Below the pieces are notes generated by a model. That model saw only the letters and a list, made by a program, of their open reading frames with translations, had not been told where the DNA came from and ran no database searches. From Macrostomum lignano (lineage: Eukaryota): a stretch of DNA of 64,000 nt. Position numbers and translations under genes: made by a program. Shown here in pieces: positions 25,822 to 36,381 of the stretch. Positions within the stretch are counted from its first letter, which is position 1. Each line of letters opens with the position of its first letter. The DNA is taken from positions 248,001 to 312,000 of the forward strand of contig NIVC01000440.1 in assembly GCA_002269645.1 (NCBI GenBank), written 5' to 3'.

Positions 25822-27825
25822 CAGATAGATCGATAGACAGATAGATAGATAGATAGATAGATAGATGCAGACAGGTAGGTAGATAGTTAAGCTTTAACAA
25901 TAAAGTCAATTAACTTCCTAACTCCCTAATCGCAGGTGTTCGCCTCCGACTCAGCCACATTCCACATGCCATTCTCCTCGCTGGGCCAAACTCCCGAAGG
26001 CTGCTCCTCCTACACCCTGCCCCGCATCATGGGCCTGTCGGCTGCTGCCTCCCTGGTCATGTTCAACCGGAAGATCTCCGCCCAGGAGGCGCTGTCCTGC
26101 GGCCTCGTTAGCCGGGTCTTCCCGGCTGCCTCCTTCGCCGCCGAGGCCGGCGCCGCAGTTGAAGAGATTGCCGCCCTGCCCAGACAGGTGAGCGCCGGCC
26201 ATCTGCTAATTTTTGCTTAACCGATTTGTTCACTGGATGCACTGATCTCATTAATTCAATTTTCTGCTGCGGAGAGCTAGCTAGCGTAAAATTGTTTTCA
26301 GATTTTTAGAAGCCTACTGTTGTAACTTTTCTCTCTCCCTTCCTCTCCTATCTCCCTCTCTCCCTTCTCTCTTATCTCCCTCTCTCCCTTTCTCTCATAT
26401 CTCCCTTCTCTCTTATCTCCCTCTCTCCCTTCTCTCTTATCTCCCTCTCTCCCTTTCTCTCATATCTCCCTTCTCTCTTATCTCCCTCTCTCCCTTCTCT
26501 CTTATCTCCCTCTCTCCCTTTCTCTCATATCTCCCTTCTCTCTTATCTCCCTCTCTCCCTTCTCTCTTATCTCCCTCTCTCCCTTTCTCTCATATCTCCC
26601 TTCTCTCTTATCTCCCTCTCTCCCTTCTCTCTTATCTCCCTCTCTCCCTTTCTCTCATATCTCCCTTCTCTCTTATCTCCCTCTCTCCCTTCTCTCTTAT
26701 CTCCCTCTCTCCCTTTCTCTCATATCTCCCTTCTCTCTTATCTCCCTCTCTCCCTTCTCTCTTATCTCCCTCTCTCCCTTTCTCTCATATCTCCCTTCTC
26801 TCTTATCTCCCTCTCTCCCTTCTCTCTTATCTCCCTCTCTCCCTTTCTCTCATATCTCCCTTCTCTCTTATCTCCCTCTCTCCCTTCTCTCTTATCTCCC
26901 TCTCTCCCTTTCTCTCATATCTCCCTCTCTCCCTTCCTCTCCTATCTCCTTCTCTCCCTTCCTCTCCTATCTCCCTCTCTCCCTTCTCTCTTATCTCCCT
27001 CTCTCCCTTTCTCTCATATCTCCCTCTCTCCCTTTCTCTCATATCTCCCTCTCTCTCTCTCTCTCTCGCCTATCTCCCTCTCTCCCTTCTCTCTTATCTC
27101 CCTCTCTCCCTTTCTCTCATATCTCCTCTCTCCCTTCCTCTCCTATCTCCTTCTCTCCCTTCTCTCTTATCTCCCTCTCTCCCTTCCTCTCCTATCTCCC
27201 TCTCTCCCTTCCTCTCCTCTCTCCCTCTCTCCCTCTCTCTCCTATCTCCCTCTCTCCCTCTCTCTCCTATCTCCCTCTCTCCCTTCCTCTCCTATCTCCC
27301 TCTCTCCCTTCTCTCTTATCTCCCTCTCTCCCTTTCTCTCTTATCTCCCTCTCTCCCTTCTCTCTTATCTCCCTCTCTCCTTTTCTCTCATATCTCCCTC
27401 TCTCCCTTCCTCTCCTATCTCCTTCTCTCCCTTCTCTCTTATCTCCCTCTCTCCCTTCCTCTCCTATCTCCCTCTCTCCCTCTCTCTCCTATCTCCCTCT
27501 CTCCCTTCCTCTCCTATCTCCCTCTCTCCCTTCTCTCTTATCTCCCTCTCTCCCTTTCTCTCTTATCTCCCTCTCTCCCTTCTCTCTTATCTCCCTCTGT
27601 CCCTTTCTCTCTTATCTCCCTCTCCTTTCGTCTCCCATCTGCCTCTCTCCCTCTTCTATCTCTTTGCAGACGCTAATTTACGCCAAGCAGCTGTTGCGAG
27701 AGCCAATCAGAGCGGAGCTGCACGCCACTAACGAACGGGAGTGCAACCGGCTGCAGGAGCGCTGGATATCCGAGGACTGCTTCAATGCTGTGGCGAAATT
27801 TTTCTCGCGAAAGTCTAAGCTTTGA
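22807..27825 (+). CDS. ECI2: Enoyl-CoA delta isomerase 2 (ACBP + crotonase domains), 4 exons (22807-23229, 25204-25569, 25936-26187, 27670-27825)
   Basis: ACBP motifs [14 protein letters not shown] and GRAKWDAW; crotonase motifs [26 protein letters not shown] and [16 protein letters not shown]-terminal mitochondrial-like leader, C-terminal PTS1 -SKL, and three phase-0 GT-AG introns. Confidence 0.95.
23370..24790. repeat. 18/19-bp satellite (ctctgtagctggcgcccc), ECI2 intron 1
   Basis: Direct inspection. Confidence 0.95.
25609..25866. repeat. (GATA)n microsatellite, ECI2 intron 2
   Basis: Direct inspection. Confidence 0.97.
26329..27660. repeat. Polypyrimidine CT-rich tract with a 65-bp higher-order period in its first half, ECI2 intron 3
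   Basis: catat recurs at 26396, 26461 and 26526. Confidence 0.92.
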
Positions 27826-28255
27826 TGCGTTGGGAGTGACAAGCAGTCGCTGGGGTGTGAACTTCATTAAATTAAAGCAATTGATTTATCATGGTAATTT
27901 TGAAAAAAAAGAATTCGAGCATATGGATACTAGTAATGAGTGTATTGTTTTGTTATATTTTTACTAGTAGCAAGTAGCTTTTTTAATTTCCATAATCATT
28001 TCTGCTTGATCTTCTGGTTTTTTTTGTAGCGCGAACGCGAATATTACATAAAAAACACTTTAGAATGAAATAATATAAACTGATTTGTGCCTGATTTCTC
28101 TGTGAATTAGATATTAAGAAGAATCATAAATGAAAAATATTTTTTCCTCTTTGTTTTTAGGAACACGTTTAAATTTTTTTTCAGGCATTATTTCGGGAAA
28201 TCCTTGGGAAACCAGTCGGCTTATGTTAAAGACTGAGCCACACAAGCTGCTCTCT

Positions 28256-30546
28256 CTATGAAATATGATTCCAATTTATGTTGTCCAGTTCCATCTGAAG
28301 TGCCAACATTGTTGGACTGGTGTGGTTCGCTAGCTGGTTAAATAGCTGCTCAGCGCAATGTCGCACTGACTCAGAAACACCAATGTTGCTGCTGTTGCCG
28401 CAGCTGCGACTCGGCGAGCAATCTGGCAACAGGCTAATAATGAGCTTCTGCTCAGCAACCCACGCTTCAATGTCAGTCTGCGACCATTTATCACCGGCTG
28501 CAGTTTTCTGGCACCAGAGTCGGGTTGAATCGATGCAACTAAGCGTCGAATCACTGTGTTGCACTGCCTGACTAGCCGCTCTGATGCTGACTGCCTTGAG
28601 TACAGAGTTCGTCACTTGATCGCTTGACCTTGAGTCTATTTGGCATTTACTAGTATCCGTCTTGACAGCTTTATCGAGCGCCCTGTAAGCCATCAACGTG
28701 GCCAACTGCAATGACGAGTCAAGAAACGGCGCATAGAAGTGCACAGGAAGTTGAAATTCTTTTCCGCTAGATCTACGAGTAGATGGAAAAGTCGTTCCTA
28801 AAGCCGATTTGGTGAACAGTTGCAGAGCCTCGCGATCTTCTGTGCCACCCCGAGCAGCCATGACCGTCAGCATCGCCCTCGTGTGCCTGATAGTCGACAG
28901 AAGATCCAGTAAAAAATCTGCTTGGTCGTTTAAACTTAGGCCGTCGTAGAGATTGGCTAGAAGAGTTTCTGAAGGTACACCGCTGGCAGTCTTCAGGTTG
29001 AGTCCTGCTGGCAGACGGTGCACGAAAGCCCGACTCGCAACTGCCGGCATCGCTAATCGGACAGCTCGAGCGCAGGATTCGACCTGCGTCAGTCGGCCCT
29101 TGTCGCTGCTGCCCAGCAGAAAGCTTCTCAATCGTCCCGCGCCCTCGATGAATGCTAGACCGACCAACGTGTCGGGGTCCTGGGCTGTCAGCAGTCTCAG
29201 ACGTTGCCGCATAACTTCCAGTCGTCCGCGTACGCTAATAAATCCGAAACGGCCGTCCACGCTTACTAAAGTTCCGGTCCTGCTTCCGCTTGGTTGGGAC
29301 GCTTTGACCGCTGCTGGCAGTTGGTCCAGTTGGAAAGCTTTCCAACCACGTTCGCCACTCGGAAATAAGTCTACCAGGTCTGACAGCAGCACCGGTTTTG
29401 TGACGTCTGCATAGTGCGGCGCGTTTTTGGTCAAATTAAAAATACGAGCGTACATATTAATGATGCTCCTATAATTATTGCTGTTTTCCCACTTACTGCC
29501 TTCATCATCTCGCCGTTCTAATTGATTGAGCTGCAGTCTCAGACTGACAATTCGATCGGCTATGACTCCTGGCAGGCCGCGATCGACTCGTTCAAAAGCT
29601 GATGCTGCTTCTATTCGATACGCCCAAGCGCTTGCCATTTAAAAACAAAGACAGCAAATGTAAATGCGTGTATCGCCAGGCAGATTATAAAGTTAAACGC
29701 GACATTAACGAAATCCGAAATTTCTTACTTATCATCTACATCACTAGCATAAGTCGACATCTCAGACGCTTGCAGTCTTAGCGGCACAGTTATGTAATCG
29801 GCAGCTGGGTAAGTTGCGAGTTCGACTCCCGCCGGTAGGCCCAATCCCGCCAGGTAGCCTAACAGTCGCTCGGACGCTTCACCATTCCTAGGCTTAGTGA
29901 ATCGAGTGCTCAGCAGGCCGGTGTGCCTTCCTAGTAGGCGAGCCAGAGCCGGCTCCACCGCGATTGCCTCTCGTCCGAACAGGTCTCTGGCGGGGCTGGA
30001 CCTCATGCATGACAGCGCCAGGCTTGAGGCGGCTCGCATCCAACTCTTGGCGCTAATTGAAGGCCCCGGTCTAACCAGCGCTTCAATTAGCGCGCTAGCG
30101 GCTTGCTGTTGAACCAAGCGCAACCGATCAACGCTGCCGTCTTTAAATCCGGTGCCTTCAACGCTCCACTGTAGGCTAGCGACTCGCTGGAAACTGCGAC
30201 ACACTTGCAGCGGCTCGTACTGGCTGCAGTTGTCAGCCCCAGCGAACCCCTTGAATGATTTTTGATCGACGACATGCAAGGTACTTTCATTAGAGGTCTC
30301 TGACTCCTTGCGACAGTCGATCCTGCCGATGTAAAATGCCGAGAGAGCCGCGGCTGCAGCCGACAGGAGCACCGTCAGAATGGCTCCCAGTAGCAGCAGA
30401 CAGGCTGTCAGTTTTGAACGCCTACGACGAACTGGGAGTCGTTGAATATCGTCATCGGATTGACTTAGTCTAATCGAGACGTTGTTATCCTCATCTTGAT
30501 TTGCTTCGTTTCTGGTGTGTAACGTTGGCGTCCTGAAAATTGACAT
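28256..30546 (-). CDS. Divergent neprilysin/M13-like type II membrane protein without HExxH, 2 exons (30546-29729 and 29630-28256), 730 aa
   Basis: The two long ORFs join in frame via a 98-nt GTAAGA...AG phase-2 intron. It has a short cytosolic tail, a basic RRRRSK motif, a TM segment, a cysteine/tryptophan pair at the M13 N-terminal motif position (VCRSFQRVASLQW), LSCM and C-terminal RLWC. The length is typical of M13 proteins. Confidence 0.55.
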
Positions 30547-31057
30547 AGTTTAAGCTACTAATAGACGCATCGAAAGTATCAGTTGTTTTGTTTTATAATC
30601 AGCTTTGAGGCGATAGAAGCTGATTGGCTCTGCTTTAGATTCGCCCCAAATCAAAGCCTCGGTGACTGCTGAATATTTTGAATTTTAACGAATCTGGTAT
30701 TCAGCCTTTAGGCACGAGACAGCCTCCCGCATCTTGGTGACTGTGCAGTTAATTTAAATATAAATTGCATCGTCATGGCTATACATATATTCCCATCAGC
30801 GCGTTTTGCTTGCTAAAAAATTGAAGTAGCTGGAGAGCTTTTTTTACGGAAAATGCGTGCATGCCTTTGTTAGAAATATTAATCTAAGGCTTTTCGTCAG
30901 AAAAATAATTTCCTGTTTTTAATTACTTCGTTATTGATCCTGTCTTCCAAGTCCTCAGTCACAAAATTACCTTGGTTGTGACTCGGAATTTAATTAAAGA
31001 ATGCGTTTCACTTTATTCAATAGTAATTTTTATCGATTTTCCATGTTGATAACCTAA

Positions 31058-31242
31058 GGGGGGGCCGTAGCCCAGCGGTCTAGCGCAGGCTCTGGTGTGC
31101 CAGCAGGCTCGATTCCAAGTGCAGTCACATTAATTTGGGGCTGAATTGGAATCTCGGCTTGGCTCTGCTCGTGCAATTAACGGCCTTGAGAGCCAACCCC
31201 CCAAGGCGCAGTGAAGTGTACATGCCTAACGATAAAATAAAG
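31058..31242 (+). mobile_element. tRNA-derived SINE (family 2)
   Basis: A-box-like gtagcccagcggtctag, B-box-like ggctcgattcc, a non-tRNA body and an A-rich end (gataaaataaag). Confidence 0.6.
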
Positions 31243-32028
31243 TTAGGGCCGCTGTACACTCCTGTGTGAGTGTGTGCCTGCGTACGTATCCGCGCGCTTG
31301 TGTGCCTGCTCAGGGGAGTCGGCGGAATGGGCAGTAATGCCTCTCGCCGGTTGTGTGCCTATGTCGCTTAAAGTGCGCCAGGGTGCACACAACCCCCTGC
31401 CTCTAATAAAAAAATGTTGATAGCCGGGGGGGAGGGGCAGAGCTGCTCCGTTCAAACGCGGCTGAATCTCGCTCTTAAGTCCTAGGCTCGATTCCAAGCA
31501 CCCCAAAAGCAGTTAATGGGACTCATGCAAAAAAATGGTTTTTCCTTCTCAACCCTTAAGCACTGTACGAGTACAACCTCTATGAGTTCGTGTTTACGTA
31601 CGTTTCCGTGTGCACACGTGTGCTCAGGGTCAGCGGACCGATGTTTGCATGGCAGCCTTGACTAGCGGTAGTGTCATAGATAAAGGAGTCCTTGCTTCGA
31701 GAAGACAGTCCATGGACAGCGCAAGTTGTCAAACTAGATCGATTAATTTAGAAGCCAGAAAGTTCCTAACAGAAATCCAATCGATATTTATTCAACCCAA
31801 TTTCATAGTGCACTTAATTCTGTGAAAACTCCATTAAAAAGAAGAATCGAATGCATATTTCTCTCTCTTGCTAAAAAATTGACTGTTCTATCTATGCTCT
31901 TTTGAACTTCGGGAACTTCCTGCTAACGCTTAGGTGTAGAATTATTTTTTGCTGCTCAATGCAACAGTTAAATTATTTAAATTTAGATTATAGATATACA
32001 CTTGTTCCTGTAACATTCATCTACTTAT

Positions 32029-32337
32029 ATGAGTAGCGTGGTTAACATTTTGTTGTTCTGCTTTGGTGCTATGCTCTTACAGTACCGGTAAATGCATGTA
32101 TGCAGTATACTATATAGTTAGTTGGCTTTTAGCCACCCAGTTGCAGCACTTTCGGTCAAACAGCTTACAAACAGTGGTAATAATTTACTAATTTTATTAC
32201 CTGCCATACACTTTGGACAAGCCTGTAGAGCAATGCCGAAAATCAAGAATTCGTGTCCATATCGTTGTCAGCTGCACCTGATGTACAGTATGTACTCGGA
32301 TGTACAAAATTACACAAGATGTACAGTGGCCCTCTGA
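32029..32337 (+). CDS. Possible small secreted protein (exons 32029-32087 and 32133-32337), about 87 aa
   Basis: Signal-like MSSVVNILLFCFGAMLLQYR(HPVAA), a 45-nt phase-2 GT-AG intron that joins in frame, and 4 downstream Cys including CPYRC. No family recognised. Confidence 0.25.
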
Positions 32338-33498
32338 CTTTCTTTCCGTGAGGAAGTCTACTAGAAATCATAATGTGCTGTGTCTGGGTTGGCTCAAATG
32401 AGCAAAGATCGCTACGACAAGCTCTAGGCCGATTGTCGGTCTAGGCACTTAATTAAAGAAATTAATTTCGCCACAGGTGTATAGCCGAACTCGGGTACTT
32501 TTCACACAATGGTCGAAGAGAAACATTGTCGATCGGGAAAGTCAATCGGACGACAGCGTGTAGGAGGTAACAAGGGAAAGCTCGTGCTCATTTACATCTT
32601 AAGATATCAAGCTTTAGACTGTTGAGCCATCGGTTTGGAGGTTTAATCAAAATATTTTCAAGACTCGAGTGCACTCAAATCAACAGGTACACAGCTCATG
32701 CACTGATTACTTTGCCGAGCTCATTTGGAGGCTTTTGAATCGAAAGAACACATAATGCTTCAAAGTAAACCGCGGGTGAAAAATTAATTAAAGGCTGTTT
32801 TTCTACACCGAATGCATTTTTTACTGTTTACTATTTCCGTAATGCTTCTTGCTGTTGCCCAAAAAAAGAAGATAAATGTCGTGCCGAATATCTAATATCT
32901 CCTTCAGCACTATTTTATAATTTTTTTATCTGCATGACGCTTCAGTTTACACCAGTATCTAATATTAGATATGGAATTTTCTACTGTCAAAATCAGGGTC
33001 AGAGTAAACCCGATCTGCGGCAATGGCAAGCCTGCTGCCTCCAAAATTTTTCCAAGAAACGTAGTTTCCCTCTTATTTGAGCTACGAGCTAATAAGGCCT
33101 TGTTTGGTGCATGCACTACTAGAGCCAAAAGCAGCAGTAGTACATTTCGCCAAGTTAAGGATGCTTACCATTTTTTTCTGCTACGAGCGTATTAAGAAAA
33201 TATTTTGGTGATTCCTGATTTAATCCAGCCTAAGCTCGTACCGAATATGGAAAATCGCGAGCTCAACGAGGCCCCAATTCTTGAGTAAGCTCAATTTTTG
33301 ACTGTCAACTACCCTGGGGGTTTTAAAAATTACTTGACTCGATTTGTTTAATGTTTCCAATGCTATCTATACGACGTACATGCACTTCTGCAGTATGCTA
33401 CATGCGTTTTACTCGTAGATTTGAAAGAAATTCATTTTAGAATACATCGTAGTATGTGCATCAAAACACGGACGTAGTCAAGAATTTTTATCGTTAAG

Positions 33499-33717
33499 GG
33501 GGCGCCAGCACCAGGGGCGCCAACACCAGGGCCGCCAGCACCAGGGGCTTTAGCACCAAGGGCGCCAGCACCAGGGCCGCCAGCACCAGGGTCGCCAGCA
33601 CCAGGGGCTTTAGCACCAAGGGCGCCAGCACCAGGGTCACCAGCACCAGGGTCGCCATGCAGCACCAGGGTCGCCAGCACCAGGGGTCACCAGCACCGCA
33701 CCCTGGCTACGCCACTG
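33499..33717. mobile_element. MITE remnant: right TIR plus a 15-bp GGCGCC-core tandem array
   Basis: ctggctacgccactg (33703-33717) differs by one base from the TIR of the 5843-6254 element and is preceded by ggggcgccagcacca repeats. Confidence 0.65.
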
Positions 33718-33994
33718 CATCAGAGCTGCCTGAATCAATATAAATGTAGTAGAAAGCTAATGTTGATCTGGATTCTTTTTTTATTGCAGGACTGTTCCAT
33801 ACAAATTTGATCCAAGAACACTAAGAGCAATTTAATTCAATTAATCAAAAAAAGGCTATTCTAATTGCCTTGGATGACTCTAGTTAGATAGTTGCGTTTC
33901 GTGAAAGATTCTCACAATCTCGCGAATCCAAGCAATGAGTGTCTCATCTCTGGCAGCCTAATCCGGATTGGCCCGCTACTGATGTGGACTTCAT

Positions 33995-34002
33995 TATAAA
34001 TA
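33995..34002 (+). promoter_or_regulatory. TATA box upstream of defensin-like peptide 2
   Basis: TATAAATA lies 102 nt before the ATG at 34104, with a reverse CCAAT (gattgg) at about 33966. Confidence 0.45.
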
Positions 34003-34103
34003 CTCGCATAGGTGTGACTCTGCGTCCGTACTGCAGCTGACATACTCAAAGATTTTTCAGTAATATTTTCCCTGTCTCAATCAGTTTCGATACTAATTAG
34101 CCA

Positions 34104-34604
34104 ATGCATTCGTCCACTACAATACTGGCAGCTTGCCTTGTGCTGGTGCTAATCAGCGTTGACTATCAGGGTGGCGGAGTTAGCGCCACACCTTTGGCTA
34201 ATAAACCTGGCGAGATACAAACTCACCAAGTCAACAAAAGAGTTTTCTGTAAGTAATAAAGCCAACTGGTTTCAGATTTTAATTTTGCCAGGCAGTCGAT
34301 CGATAAGCTAAGCCAACAACCCCACGCCGCGTGCTAAATGTACATTTAGCTGAGAATGTACAGATTGGAGGGTAGGCAGAAATTCTCTGCTATCTCACCC
34401 ACCTCCCCACTGCGCGCTGAATGTACATTGAATGTACACTCGGAACTTTAAATGCCAATTTCTACCTACTTTCCAGATTTTCACACGGTTTTTCGCTACT
34501 GCATCCGCCGTTGTCGTCAGCACTTTGGCGTCACCGCCGGCTGCGTTGGATACCTGAACATGCCTTTAGGCACCTGCGACTGCGTCTGTTCCAACTATCC
34601 TTGA
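34104..34604 (+). CDS. Defensin-like cysteine-rich prepropeptide 2 (exons 34104-34248 and 34477-34604), 90 aa
   Basis: MHSSTTILAACLVLVLISVDYQGGGVSA / TPLANKPGEIQTHQVN-KR / VFYFHTVFRYCIRRCRQHFGVTAGCVGYLNMPLGTCDCVCSNYP. GTAAGT donor, TTCCAG acceptor, phase 1, with ATTAAA downstream near 34651. Confidence 0.8.
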
Positions 34605-35178
34605 CCTTGAGTCGCAGCCACGGCTGGCCATGACAACTAAAATTAATATAATTAAACATCAAATTCGCTAATTTCAAGTTGCGATGGAAATTACACAACA
34701 ACGAAGTTGACTGTGCTGTTTGCAGTCTGTGATTATAAGAAAATTGAAATGTTGAGATTGAGAATGCCGTATTCAAGCAGAATTTTGCAACTTTTCGTTA
34801 CCTTTCAATTCGAAACAGAAGAACTAAATATACGAGCGCACAATCACAATTACACAAATAACAAATTTCAGAGGGACCCTAAGTCCCAAATTAGGCAAGC
34901 CGGCTCAAAAGCAAATGAATACATTACTAGGTGTCTCTTTTTTACTTTAAAACAAAAAATGCATTTCGCAGAAATTTTTTAGCATAAACTACGAGCGTAA
35001 ATCTGATAGATAAAGTTAGGTTTCAGATTTTTTGGCATTTAAACTTGCTGCGTCTCAATTTTTAGGCTTCAGAACAGAACTGCGAATGAGGCGGCATGTA
35101 GCTGTTTTGCTCAGGGTTGAATTCACAAAAAAGGAAAATGCTTAACTGAGGACTGGCAGTTAAATGAAATAAGGCCGG

Positions 35179-35825
35179 TAGGGTTGCCAACAATACCGTC
35201 CCCTATCAAGAGACAGGGGACGCCCACCAAGAGACAGGGGACGCCCACCAAGAGACAGGGGACGCCCACCAAGAGACAGGGGGCGCCCACCAAGAGACAG
35301 GGGACACCCGCCAAGAGACAGGGGACACCCGCCAAGAGACAGGGGACACCCGCCAAGAGACATGGATGTCCACCAAGAGACAGGGGGCGCCCACCAAGAG
35401 ACAGGGGACACCCGCCAAGAGACATGGATGTCCACCAAGAGACAGGGGACGCCCACCAAGAGACAGGGGACGCCCACCAAGAGACAGGGGACGCCCACCA
35501 AGAGACAGGGGCACCTATCAAGAGACAGGGACGACCACCAAGAGACAGGGGACACCCGCCAAGAGACATGGATGTCCACCAAGAGACAGGGGACGCCCAC
35601 CAAGAGACAGGGGGCGCCCACCAAGAGACAGGGGGCGCCCACCAAGAGACAGGGGACGCCCACCAAGAGACAGGGGCACCTATCAAGAGACAGGGACGAC
35701 CACCAAGAGACAGAGGACACCCGCCAAGAGACATGGATGTCCACCAAGAGACAGGGGCGCCCACAAAAAGACGGGCGCCCACCATGAGACTCGCATATTA
35801 GTGCCCCTAAGAGTTGCAAACCCTG
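35179..35825. repeat. 21-bp satellite (acgcccaccaagagacagggg) with higher-order variants, between imperfect hAT-like inverted ends
   Basis: Array at about 35205-35785. The ends tagggttgccaac and gttgcaaaccctg are imperfect complements; no 8-bp TSD. Confidence 0.85.
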
Positions 35826-36381
35826 AAATCAAAATTCCCAAGCACAACAGTTGGAGACAGGCACGATGTTTAGCTGATTTTAGAATACTTCGTAATACCA
35901 CAAATAGCCTTCTATCTCGCGCATGTTGTCACGCTGCAAGCTCGCATTTCTTCAACCCTCTATTCCTTCCATGTCCTTTCTCAGTTTTTTTCATACCCCT
36001 ATATGGTCACAGTGTCGAGGTTTGACTTTTTTCCCAACTGGATATGCAGGTGCACGAGACCATAGCGCCAACAGCTGTCAGGTAGGCAGTTATTCTGCCT
36101 TTCCGATCACGGGATTAGGCCGATCTGTGAGAGAGAGAGCATTTTCTGGGATATTGCGAGAAAACAAGGGGCTGAGTTTTAATGGCCTTGAGACTAAGAA
36201 TCGATAACTGATCAATCTTTAATTTTCCCTTGCGAAGATAAGGCAAGTTATACGTACACTAATGGGATTTTTGCGTTAAATAGGCGAAATAATCATTTAG
36301 GTTTCCCACTGTTTTAATTGATGCAAAAATTATTAAACTATTTAATCGTCTGGACAGCACAAAAATAAGAATACCACAGGT

